Shown here in pieces: positions 12,151 through 23,560 of a stretch of DNA of 64,000 nt. The DNA is from Ranitomeya imitator (Eukaryota). Made by a program: the position numbers and the translations under genes. The notes under the pieces are model-generated. The model was not told the DNA's origin. It saw only the letters and a list, made by a program, of their open reading frames with translations, and did not search any database. The stretch covers positions 445,904,001 through 445,968,000 of the forward strand of contig NC_091283.1 in assembly GCF_032444005.1 (NCBI RefSeq). The letters are read 5' to 3'. Within the stretch, counting starts at the first letter, position 1. The number at the start of each line of letters is the position of its first letter.

Positions 12151-13885
12151 TCCGGAAGGACCCAGGGATCGGTGATTTAAAGCATCCTCAGCCAGGAGAA
12201 CCAGGCTCTTTTGGGCTAGAAGGGGGCTATTAGGATGAGTCTGGATCTGTCCTGTCTGATTTTTCGCAGAACTGCTGGAATGAGGATGGTGGGAGGAAAT
12301 GCATATGCGAGAGTCTGTGTCCAGGGAATCGTGAATGCGTCTACAGCCTGAGGGTTCCCCTTGGGATCTAAGGAGCAAAAGGTTTTTACCTTCCTGTTGT
12401 GTATGTTTGCGAAGAGGTCTATTACAGGGATTCCCCATAGATCTGTAATTTTGTTGAAGATATCCTGATTTATAGACCATTCCCCTTGCTTTAGTTGGGT
12501 ACGACTTAGGAAGTCCGCTTTCTGGTTCTCTACACCTTTTATATATAGGGCCGATAGGGATAGAAAGTTGTTCTGTACCAGGCTGAAGATTTCGGAGGTG
12601 GTTTTCATTAATGTCTGGGACCTGGTCCCCCCTTGGTGGTTTACGTAGACTACTACTACTCTGTTGTCCGAAAATATTCGGACATGATGCCCTTGTAATT
12701 TGTGTAGGAAGAATAGTAGTGCATGATTCACTGCCCTCAGTTCTTTTTGATTTGAGGAAACCCCCAGTTCCTGACTTGTCCATGCCCCTGAGCGACTTTG
12801 TTGTCCAGATGAGCCCCCACCCTGTGGGACTTGCGTTTGTGGTAACTATCTGGGACACCTCTACCACCCAGGGAATCCCTTTTGATAGATTGGTGGGATT
12901 TAACCACCAAGCTAGGGAATGAATAGTAGGCAAACTTGCGACCCTCTAACCGTCACCTTAGCAATTTCTGGTTCCTCAAAATGTCCCACTGGAGGGGTCT
13001 CGTGTGGAGCTGAGCCCACTGAACTGCTGGAAGGCAAGCAGAGAGGGACCCCAGTAACGACATCGCCTTTCTCAGAGACATGGATGGGTTTGAGCAAGCT
13101 TCTGACACTAGATGTATTATCTTTTGGTTTTTCTGGTCTGGGAGGCGATATTCTTGAGAACTTGAGTCCAAAGTGAGACCCAAAAATTCCTGAACCCTGG
13201 TTGGTTCTAGCTTTGACTTCTGAAGGTTCACCAGCCAGCCTAATTTTTTTAGAATGTCTATCACTCTGTCGCATTGCTGACGGCAGAGTTGGGCTGAGTT
13301 GCTCATGATCAGAAAGTCGTCCAAATATGGGATAATTAAAATGTCTTCCTCTCTTAGATGTGCCATCATCTCTGCTACCAATTTGGTGAAGATGCGAGGT
13401 GCAATTGATATACCAAAGGGAAGAGCTCTGTATTGGTATTCCCTTATATGTCTTCTTATGACTACTGCCAGTCTGAGGAATTTTTGAGAGTTCTCGTGGA
13501 TGGGAACGGGATAATATGCGTCGCTGAGATCTAGAACCATCATAAAACAGTTTGGAAACAAGTTTTTTATTGTTGACTTTATTGACTCCATTTTGAATCT
13601 CTGGTTCTTTACATAAGTATTTAACTTCCGTAAGTTTATTATAGTCCGGAAGGTCCCGTCTGGCTTGGGAACCAGGAATAACGGGGAGTAAAATCCCTTC
13701 CCTCTCTCCATAGGGGGAACTTCCTGGATGACAGCTTTGTCTATCAGTTTTAAGATTTCTAGTTCTAGAGCTTCCTGTTGTTGAGGAGAGGATCTCAGCG
13801 TTGTTACCACATAGTTTCGGGGGGGGAGGTGGGTAGGGATAGAAATTCTATTCGATGCCCTGCACCTATTAAATTTAGTATCCAA
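12150..13885 (-). pseudogene. DIRS copy 1 RT / RNase H / adenine methyltransferase-like ORF (frameshifted)
   Basis: RT LDLSDAYY, ALPFG, YLDD (12953..13885); RH TT(N)AS..GWG and SDNRVVVVYVNHQGGTRS; MT DLFA ... YAFPP (12216..12731). Confidence 0.9.
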
Positions 13886-14062
13886 GGGCCGGTTGAAATT
13901 TTCTCCCAGGCCGCGAGGAATTGAGACAATCTCCCTCCCACCCTGGGGAAGACGTCACTTGGGGGGGGGGGGTGGTTCCTGCCTCGTGAGGAATTGCCGA
14001 AAGGAACCCCGGCTCTTCTTTTCCCATCATCCCATCGGTTTTGATCCCTTGGTGGTCTTTTC

Positions 14063-15820
14063 CTAAAAAAACTTTCTGTTCCGAAAGGGCTGCTTAGCGA
14101 AAGTTGGGGCCAGGTTGGGGAACCCTTTCTTTTTGTCACCTGCTTTCTGCAGGATATCGTCCAGAGTTTCTCCAAGAAGAAACTTGCCCTCACATGGGAT
14201 TGAACAAAGTTTCTGCTTGGTTTGTAAATCACCTGGCCAGCTTTTTAGCCATAGGGTTCTACGCGCTGCATTTGAAAGAGCTGCAGATTTAGATACTAGT
14301 TTAATTGAGTCGGCAGAAGAGTCCTCCAAAAATGCTGCGGCTCCTCTAATCATAGGGATAGACTCTAATATCTTATTTCTGGGCACCCCATCTCTTAGTT
14401 GTTTTTCTAAGTTGTCAACCCAGATCATTAGGGATCGTGACATGCAAGCAGCTGCTATGGCTGGTCTTAAACATCCCCCTGCCGACTCCCAGGCCCCTTT
14501 AAGAAAAGTATCTTCTCTCTTATCAAGAGGATCTTTCAGGGTTCCCATGTCCTCGAATGGTAACGCAAATTTTTTTGAGGCCTTAGCTACCACAACGTTG
14601 AGTTTGGGGGCTTTATCCCATGAAGTAGAGGCCTCTTCTTCAAATGGATATTTCCTTTTAATAGAGGGAAACGATGCATTATTCCTCTCTGGTTTTTCCC
14701 ACTCCTTTTTAATTAACGCTTGTACGTTTTCATTAAGGGGAAAAACGTTACGCTTTTTTTGGCATAGTCCTCCAAACGATGTCCTGTACAGTTTTGTCAG
14801 GTCGGTGCTCACAGCCAGTGCAGAGAAGCACAGCGCCAGAGGACAGACACCGGAATGTAAGTATGTAGTGTTTTTTTTTTTTTACGTTTACACTGGTAAC
14901 CAGGGTAAACATCGGGTTACTAAGCGCGGCTCTGCGCTTAGTAACCCGATGTTTACCCTGGTTACCAGTGAAGACATCGCTGAATAGGCATCACACATGC
15001 CGATTCAGCGATGTCTGCGGGAGTCCAGAGACGAAATAAAGTTCTGGACTTTCTTCCCCGACCAGCGACATCACAGCAGGATCCTGATCGCTGCTGCCTG
15101 TCAAACTGAACAATATCGCTAGCCAGGACGCTGCAACGTCACGGATCGCTAGCAATATCGTTCAGTGTGAAGGTACCTTAAGGGAAAGCAATGCCGACCT
15201 CCACCCTCATTATCTGAAGAAGAGAAGGAGGAGTCCTGTGTAACTGAGTTTCCACTCACAGAGCTGGAAGAATCAGAATTCCTATAAGGAATAGGTTCTT
15301 TCTTACTGGCTTTCTTTTCGCTTTTAAGGAAGTTAAACACAATTTCCACCATTGATTTAATTACGGATCGTAATTCAGAGGCGAAGTTTGGGGTCTCCTC
15401 ACAGAGGACTCGTCCTATACAGGAGTCACAGAGCTTCTTATCCCAAGATGGCGGTACATTTTTTTCGCACAGGGGGCAGGTTCTGTGTTTTATTTTCCCC
15501 GTTCTCTTCCTTCCCTAGGGTAAACGGAGAAGGGGGAACCCCAATTATAAAAAGTGAGCTTTCATAAAGATCACTCACCAATCTGACGCAGCCACAGGTA
15601 CAGGTTCTGGAGGAGGGGTAGGATCCTGAGGTGTGGGATCCGTAGGCGGTAGCTGGTTCACCACGCTGGAGATCTTGCTATGCTGTGTGGAATGGCTACC
15701 AGACCGAGAACTCCGGGTGCCAGCAGAAGATAGTTTTTTCTGTGTGTCCGGCTTCGGTCACTGATGGTGGCACTGCTGCTGCTGTGGCGGTGGCTGGAGC
15801 TGCTGATCGCCGTCTTCCAT
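14063..15820 (-). pseudogene. DIRS copy 1 gag-like ORF1 with N-terminal CxxC-x11-CxxC finger, disrupted by a MITE and a deletion
   Basis: ORF 14063..14812 (LAP2alpha-like DIRS gag: WEKP..KYP, LKDPLDKR, RRTLWLKSWPGD); the upstream frame from 15514 reads KHRTCPLCEKNVPPSWDKKLCDSC. Confidence 0.75.
14811..15177. mobile_element. Truncated GGTACC-family MITE (right half) inside the DIRS gag
   Basis: Ends GTGTGAAGGTACC|TTA and carries the family hairpin at 14894-14965. Confidence 0.85.
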
Positions 15821-16689
15821 GGTACTACCTTGGGGCGGTGTGCAGCAAGAGTTCCCATGTGCACCTTTTTAAAATTTGGTGCTTATCAGCCCCTCCCCCT
15901 GTGGCTGCACGATAGAGGAAGCGTTCATTTTTATTTTTTTTTTAAAGAACTCTACTGTGCATGCGCGCGCGCGCGCGCGCAGACAGGGACCCGGAAATGA
16001 AGAAATCCGGTTCCGGGGCAGCGCCATCTTGGTGTACCTCACTCACCGCGCCGCCCCTGAACCGGAAGCTCTCCTGCCACTTCCGCTGCGGCGCCATCTT
16101 GGATCACCGGTGTCCCGAGCGCGGCAGAATGCCAGGAGCCCCTAACTCCTATCCGGAGTGGCGGCTGCGCTTTCCCCCGCTCACGCTTCCAGACCCATCG
16201 GTCGTAGCCGTGGCGGCCTCGGATACTGGACCAGCCGTGGCAGGGGCCTCCCCGCTGCCAGAACTCGGACTGGCCGGCTCCGGATTCCTCGGTTCTTCAG
16301 GTTCCGGTCTTCTCAGGTACCGTCCTAGAAAGTTCCCCGTCAGGGACAGGAAACCAAACTGATGCAGGGGAGAGGTACCTCCCTTTTATCCTGTAGGTTT
16401 CATGTCCCTGAAGGGCGGATCCCCTCTCTCTGGTAGTGCTGTCATGGGCGACTGAGAAAATAGGGCTAAAATAACATTTTTGTGGGGAAAATGTGATTTT
16501 TTTTATTTTCACTGCTCAATGTTATAAACTTTTATGAAGCACCTGCCAGTTCAAGGTGCTCACCACACATCTGCAAGTATAGTTTCCAAAATAGTGTCAA
16601 TTGTCGGGGGTTTCCAATGTTTAGGCACATCAGGGGCTCTCCAAATGTGACATGACGTCCACTAATTATTCCAGCAAATTTTGCATTGA

Positions 16690-18870
16690 AAAACACCAAG
16701 GTTACTCACCGGTAGCCGGTTATTCCGGAGCCCATGACCGCACACCTGGGAAAGGGATCCGCCCAGCAAGGACAGGAAACCTACTGAAATTAAAGGGCGG
16801 TACCTCTCCCTCGCTTCAGTTGGTTTTCGGAGCATGAGAGCCCCCCTGGTTAGTTCACATGGCAAACTACCACCACATCATATTAATAACAAAAACCACC
16901 CAGCTAAAAGTGCACACCAAAGGGTGAAAAATAGGGGGGGAATATACAGGTGCTGTCATGGGCTCCGGAAAAAACAGCTACCGGTAAGTAACCTTGGTGT
17001 TTTCCCTTCCCCCATGACAGCACACCTGAGAGATTTTTGGAGAAAGGAACACCTTCGGGAGGGACCACCGCTTGCAGCACCCTTCTGCCAAAGGTAAGGT
17101 CAGTCGAGGAGGATAGATTCAGTCGGTAGTGTTTAAAGAAGGTAGACGGTGAGGACCAGGTAGCCTTACATATCTGATCAATCGATACCTCTGCTTTCTC
17201 TGCCCAGGAAGTAGCCACAGCTCTGGTGGAGTGAGCCTTGATGCCTTCAGGGATCGGGGTGCCACACAGCATATGATAAGCTAATGGCCTCCCTAATCCA
17301 TCTAGCAATAGTACTTTTGGACACCCCATATCCCTTCCTGCTACCCTGGAAAGCTACAAATAGGGACTGATCCTTCCTCCACTGTCTGGTCAAGGATATA
17401 TACTGTAACATAGACCTTCTTACATCAAGTGTATGAAACTTTTCCTCTCCTGGATTTCTAGGATTATAACAAAATGAGGGTAATACAATCTCCTGACTCC
17501 TATGGAATTTAAGAACTACCTTAGGTAGATAAGCTGGGTCTGGCCTTAGAACCACCCTGTCATATCTGTGTGTATGGAGGGCAAATAGACAGGGCTTGCA
17601 AGTCACTCACCCTACGTGCTTATGTCAAAGCTACCAGTAGCACTGTTTTAAGAATGAGAAGTTTTGCTGATAATTCTTGCAAAAGCTCAAAAGGACCCCA
17701 AGTTAGAGCTTCTAAAACCAGATTCAAATCCCAAGGGGGAATTTTCTGAATTACCACTGATCTAGATCTACTACATGATTTAATAAAGCAGGACACCCAC
17801 CTATTGGAGGCTAAATTACAATTATATAAGGCTCCTAAAGCCGATACTTGTACTTTGCACATATTGGTTGCCAACCCTAGTTGTAAGCCTGCTTGTAGAA
17901 AATAAAATAGCACCCACAGTAGCCTCGTTCCCCAAAGGTTGTCCCAAAAACTCTAGGAACCTCTTCCATGTCCTACCATAAATTCTTGAAGTGATCGGTT
18001 TTCTACTTTTCAACAGGGTGGCGACTAGCCCTGGTGAGAATCCCTGCCGACTTAGTAATGCCCTCTCAAATTCCAGGCGGCCAGATGGAAACCTTTCACT
18101 TGAGTGGCATACTGGTCCCTGGGTAAGCAGGTCCGGAACCTCTGGTAGAATCCATGGATCGGTTACAGACATCTGTCTGAGGGAGAACCATGGTCTTTTC
18201 AGCCAAAATGGAGCAATAAGAATCACCCTCGCTTGCTCCATTCTGATCTTTCTTAATACTACCGGAATTAATGCTATTGGTGGAAACACATAAGCGAGGC
18301 TGAATTTCCACGGAATTTGAAGGGCATCTACCGCAAACGGGTTCCCTCTCGGGTCCAACGAGCAGAATCTCTCCACCTTCCTGTTGTGAAGAGTGGCAAA
18401 TAAGTCTAATACCGGTTTGCCTCAGGCCTGTACTATCTGTTGGAGTACTCGGGGATTCAGCGACCATTCTCCCTGTCTTAGCCTTTTGCGACTTAGGTAG
18501 TCTGCTTTCGTGTTTTCGACACCCTTTATGTGCAGAGCTGTGAGGGACAGTAGGTGATGTTCTGCTAACTGGAGAAGGGCAGATGTTGCCCCCATAAGGG
18601 AAAAGTACCTTGTTCCCCCCTGGTGGTTGATAGAAGCTGCCACTGCATAATTGTCGGATATAATCCTGGTATGACGACCCTGAAGGATAGGGAGGATATG
18701 TTTTACAGCCCTTTCTACAGCCCATAACTCTCTTACATTGGACGTCTGATGTCTTTCTGGTTGGGACCAGGACCCCTGTATCGAGAGGGTCCCTAGATGT
18801 GCACCCCATCCCGTACCGCTTGCGTCCGTTGTGATCACATCCTCTAACGGAGTTAGCCTTAGGGATCATT
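16690..18870 (-). mobile_element. DIRS1-type retrotransposon, 5'-truncated, different subfamily (copy 2)
   Basis: 3' ITR 16690-16820, ICR ~16947-17030; YR with HSTRAVATSW...FFKHY; RH TTDAS; MT YVFPP; RT and gag absent. Confidence 0.92.
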
Positions 18871-18888
18871 TCGCGTCTGGGGTTCAGT

Positions 18889-19176
18889 GGCTATGTGCAC
18901 ACGTCAGGATTTCTTGCAGAAATTTCCTGAACAAAACCGGACATTTTCTGCAAGAAATCCGCATGCGTTTTTTCACGTTTTTTGCGCGTTTCATGCGTTT
19001 GTTTTTTTCCGGAGCTTCCCAATGCATTAAATAGCTCTGGCGCCGGCACTCCGGAGTGGAGCGTGCAGCTCCATGTATTGCTGTGCGGCTGCACGCTCCG
19101 CTCCGGAGTGCCGGCGCCAGAGGAGGGATTTCACCTGCGAGACTCGGCCGTATCTCGCGTATGTGTGATCCCGGCC
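18889..19176. mobile_element. Fused halves of two Harbinger-like MITEs at the DIRS copy 2 truncation
   Basis: Left end GGCTATGTGCACACG; the right part equals the 36732-36927 family and ends GTGTGATCCCGGCC|TAA. Confidence 0.65.
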
Positions 19177-19537
19177 TAACTTCCTAACAAAAAAAAAAGT
19201 TACGTTTCAAAAATTGTGCTGATGTAAAGTTCATATTTGGGAATTATTTATGAACTATTTTGTGTGATATAAAGCTGTGTTTTAAGGGCATAAAAATTAA
19301 GACTTTAAAAATTGCTACATTTTCTAAATTTTTGTTTTTAATCACAAATAAACGCAAGTTATATCGAAGAAATTTTACCACTATCAAAGTATATGTCACA
19401 AAAAAAGATATCTCAGAATCAGTGGGCTCCGTTGAAGAGTTATTACTCCATAAAGTGACAGTTGTAAAATTTGGCCTGGTCATGAACGTGCACAGCCTTG
19501 GGGAATGAAGGGATTAAGCGAACCATCATTTTTAACT

Positions 19538-20406
19538 GAGCAAAAAAGGGGAGAAGCCAGCGCAGCCTAAGGTTAAGACGCAATACATAAAGTGCAAATG
19601 CACATATTAATTTCTAACTATTATCAAAATGAGACATTTAGCAAACAATTGATCAATTCTTTGAGCCACCCCGCCTCTTCACGGCAATCTCATATTGGGG
19701 CAGTCCTACACTACGTTTTTTATATTCGCTGTGCCATAAAGGCCTCCTAAATGAACTAAAAGCAAGACCACATTAAAAGCATGCTGTACCTGGAGCATTA
19801 CTGAGTCACCCCCATGGCGCCAGAGTAGGCAAGCGAGGATAAAGGTTGACCAGGTCCAGACAGACATTTCGGATCCAACCTCCACACTGCCCATCCAGTA
19901 CCACAGATGAAGAGTGAGACAGGCTGAGGCACAGGTGCATAATTAAACAAAGCCTGAGGCAGGGCAGGGCTGCTATGTGTGTGTACAGCAGCCTATCAAT
20001 CACTGAGACACAGAAAGAATGGCGCACATAACCAGGCGCGGCTCTGGATGGGCAGTGTGGAGGTTGGATCCGAAATGTCTGTCTGGACCTGGTCAACCTT
20101 TATCCTCGCTTGCCTACTCTGGCGCCATGGGGGTGACTCAGTAATGCTCCAGGTACAGCATGCTTTTAATGTGGTCTTGCTTTTAGTTCATTTAGGAGGC
20201 CTTTATGGCACAGCGAATGTAAAAAACGTAGTGTAGGACTGCCCCAATATGAGATTGCCGTGAAGAGGCGGGGTGGCTCATAGAATTGATCAATTGTTTG
20301 CTAAATGTCTCATTTTGATAATACAGTTAGAAATTAATATGTGCATTTGCACTTTATGTATTGCGTCTTAACCTTAGGCTGCGCTGGCTTCTCCCCTTTT
20401 TTGCTC
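19538..20406. mobile_element. 869-bp foldback: ~362-bp near-identical inverted arms, 145-bp spacer, 13-bp flanking direct repeat
   Basis: Arms 19538-19898 and 20044-20406; ATCATTTTTAACT at 19525-19537 and 20408-20420. Confidence 0.85.
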
Positions 20407-20454
20407 TATCATTTTTAACTGGTTCAGTTTTATCTCAGGGCTTCTTCTAGGTTA

Positions 20455-21046
20455 GGCCGGTTTCACACTTGCGTTTGGGTAGAGTGCGTAGGGCTGCGTA
20501 CTTCCTCCCTTAAAGGGAACCTGTCACCTGAATTTGGCGGGACTGGTTTTGGGTCATATGGGCGGAGTTTTCGGGTGTTTGATTCACCCTTTCCTTACCC
20601 GCTGGCTGCATGCTGGCTGCAATATTGGATTGAAGTTCATTCTCTGTCCTCCATAGTACACGCCTGCACAAGGCAAGATTGCTTTGTGCAGGCGTGTACT
20701 ATGGAGGACAGAGAATGAACTTCAATCCAATATTGCAGCCAGCGGGTAAGGAAAGGGTGAATCAAACACCCGAAAACTCCGCCCATATGACCCAAAACCA
20801 GTCCCACCAAATTCAGGTGACAGAGTCCCTTTAAGGTCTGCCCACTTCTTCCCTTAAGCTTCGCCTACGTCCGCATGCGTCCTGCATACTCAGCTTTAAC
20901 ATTAGGTACGCAGGGACATGCGTTGTTTGTGGAAGCGTCGTTTTGACATGCCCGCCGACCGCACGGGAGCGCAACATGTTGCGGGGCTTAAGGGAGGAAG
21001 TACGCAGCCCTACGCGCTCTACCCAAACACAAGTGTGAAACCGGCC
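20455..21046. mobile_element. Harbinger-like MITE containing a nested TTAA Kolobok/T2-like MITE (20514-20830)
   Basis: TTA|GGCCGGTTTCACACTT ... AAGTGTGAAACCGGCC|TTA; inner TTAA|AGGGAACCTGTCACC ... GGTGACAGAGTCCCT|TTAA. Confidence 0.85.
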
Positions 21047-21220
21047 TTATAGTGCTGCTTGGTTGAACCCCTGGTGATCATACATTTATGCAGTATTGCT
21101 GTTATGTCAGTGAGCGCAATATGCATCTGTCATGTTCTTGGGCAAACGTGAACAGAAACTGTGATGCAGCACCCACTAAAAGAGACTGCATAACACTGCC
21201 AACCACTGCGTTTATTTGAT

Positions 21221-21225
<5 letters not shown>

Positions 21226-21290
<65 letters not shown>
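21226..21290. repeat. (AT)n microsatellite
   Basis: Pure AT run. Confidence 0.95.
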
Positions 21291-21295
<5 letters not shown>

Positions 21296-23469
21296 TAAAT
21301 TATTAATTTAAACAAATTATACCATTTTTGATAAATATGGGCCAATATCCTTTAGTGATACCATTTTTTTTTCTACACACCACTTAGAACATTTTTGCCT
21401 TGTTCTTATATATTTTTTTAGAGCTTGGGTCATTATGGATGTGAAGATAACAAATGTGCACTTATATTGTAGTTATGTTCCCATATTGTCGTCATGTCCC
21501 CATATTTTAGTTATGTCCCCATCCAGATCCCCATATTGTAGTTATATCCACATCCAGGTCCTCATATTGTAGTCATGTCCCCATATTGTAGTCATATCCC
21601 TAAGTTTTAGAGGAGGAAAATAGAAAAAAGAGGCAAAAAATGTGGTCAATTCTGCACGAATATCCCCCATCTTGGTATATATACGGTATGTCCCCAATCC
21701 AGGTATACATGGCCCCCTCATCCTCATATACATAGCCCCATCAGAAAAGCAAACCCCCCCCCCCCCCAACATTCTACTTACCTTCCCCGTGCTCCCTTGC
21801 AGCGTCTTGTTCTGATGCCAGCAGCTTACTTATGCATCCAAGCAGCGCATGGCAGTGACGTCATGCGCTGCCTACAAGCAAAGGACAGCTGCCAGAATAC
21901 TCACTGCTCTCCACGCCAGGACTATAGGAGTGGAGAGCACTGAATATTCATTGATCTTTAATAGCGGGCACAGTAGCTGGCATCCTGTGGCCGGGCGATC
22001 ACGTGTGCCTGCTACTTAAAAGAATATTCACTGCTCTCCCCTTCTATAGGTGCGGAGAGCAGTGAATACTCATTTTTAGTAGCACGCACACGTGATCTCC
22101 TGGTCGCTGCGCTTACTGTGCCCGCTATTAAAGAGAAATGAATATTCACTGCTCTCCACTACCATAGATGTGGAGAGTCGTGAAAATGCATTTCTCTTTA
22201 GCAGCGGGCACAGTGGTTAGCCATAGCAGCCGGCTCCTGCCTCCAGTGACCCGCAGCTCCACTGCTGCTGTTGCTCCTCACCTCCACACCACAGGAGGTC
22301 CAACATTTCAACTGAATGTGCGTCTAAGGACACACTGAGTGACGCTAATGGTGAAGTAGGACACATGCTGCGGGGCGGTAAAGAGATTTTATTTAAATAT
22401 ACATTCATTGATAGAGAAAGGTACAAATAAATAGATCTCCCCCCTGCGCGATCCTGGACGGGGAAGGAGCCATCACACTGCGTTGCCGTATAAAATTCAC
22501 AGTATCTATGGCTTCTTCAGATAAGGCCGAGGAGCTGCCGCGTCTCCTGGTCACATTGCACCTCTGGGGCTCAATGTCACCAAGGGAAGCATAGATGGAC
22601 ACAAACCAGCAAGCAGATGTCACGGGAAGCCATGAACATTTAACGAGTATTGACATGTTACTAAGCAGCAAGATGGCAGACAGCGTGAGGTGGGGGCAGA
22701 CATATCATTGCTGGAACCTGTGTGGCTGCATAGGGGTCCAAGATGTAAGTGCCCATTTCTAACTCCAAAGCAAGTATAACCTTTTTTTCTTTTTTTTTTT
22801 TTAAGGAGCTCTTGGGCTGAAAAGGGCCCATGTATTGTTCTTGCACAGGGGCCCCTTTTCTGTCTGTATCCACCAGTGGTCGGAAGGTTTCTGGTATCCG
22901 CCTAATGGGAGACTATGATATCTGCAGAAGAGGGAAGGACGCGAGCTTAGCCACTGATATTTTTCGTACCTGGACCTGTCACTCGAGATGACACAGGTTG
23001 CAATCCAAAACAAAAAGTCACTAATTTACAGTATAAAAGATGACAACTAAATATACAGCTAAAAAATCATATAAATACCAAAGAAGAAAGGTTGGGGTGT
23101 TGAGAGATCAGTGCAGAGGCCGAGCGCCCAGTACACCATATGTGCACAGACGACGCTCAATGTCAGGTGGAGCTGTATACACTTGTGGTCTCCGTGTCCT
23201 CAGATCCATCACAAATTAAGTCCTACACAGAAACACTTTCCACACAGTTGAAGTCATGCCAAGCACGGGGGCGATGCCACATTACAAGCCCAGCGCCTTA
23301 GGCTTGCTTATGGATGACCCCCTCCCCCCACAGCTTCACCTCCTGGGAAACAACCACAGGAGGTGAGGGGGATCTGCCCCGGGGCACGTGCAGGTTGTCT
23401 TTTATTTAGTCCATCCTAATACTTTGTCTATCTATTCGAGAGTCTTGGTTTTGGGGTCATCATCTTTAA

Positions 23470-23560
23470 TTATTTTGGAACCAACCCCCTCGATTGTGGG
23501 AACAGTGAAGATCCAGAAGGCCCCGAAGGTGGAGCTGTTCTTCGGCTGCTGGTCTTAGGT
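23470..23560 (-). CDS. KIF3B: KIF3B last coding exon (...[10 protein letters not shown])
   Basis: 91 bp, TAA at 23472-23470. Confidence 0.93.

Larger units (their letters stand above)
10696..16460 (-). mobile_element. DIRS1-type tyrosine-recombinase retrotransposon, near full length, degenerate (copy 1)
   Basis: Inverted terminal repeats ~10724-10824 vs ~16358-16460. ICR at ~10975-11059 is complementary to both termini. Order gag-RT-RNaseH-MT-YR; no TSD. Confidence 0.95.
9720..19513 (-). mobile_element. Fragmented piggyBac-like non-autonomous element related to 2397-6178 (host of both DIRS copies); left limit uncertain
   Basis: 19200-19513 is the reverse complement of the 2397-2750 terminus and ends GAAGGGA|TTAA. 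Segments 10050-10695 and 16461-16689 resemble the 390-bp unit inverted and are collinear across DIRS copy 1. Confidence 0.65.

Noticed and set aside
14063-14812. Host LAP2alpha/thymopoietin-like gene
   Set aside because: It lies within the DIRS termini upstream of RT, so it is the element's gag-like ORF.
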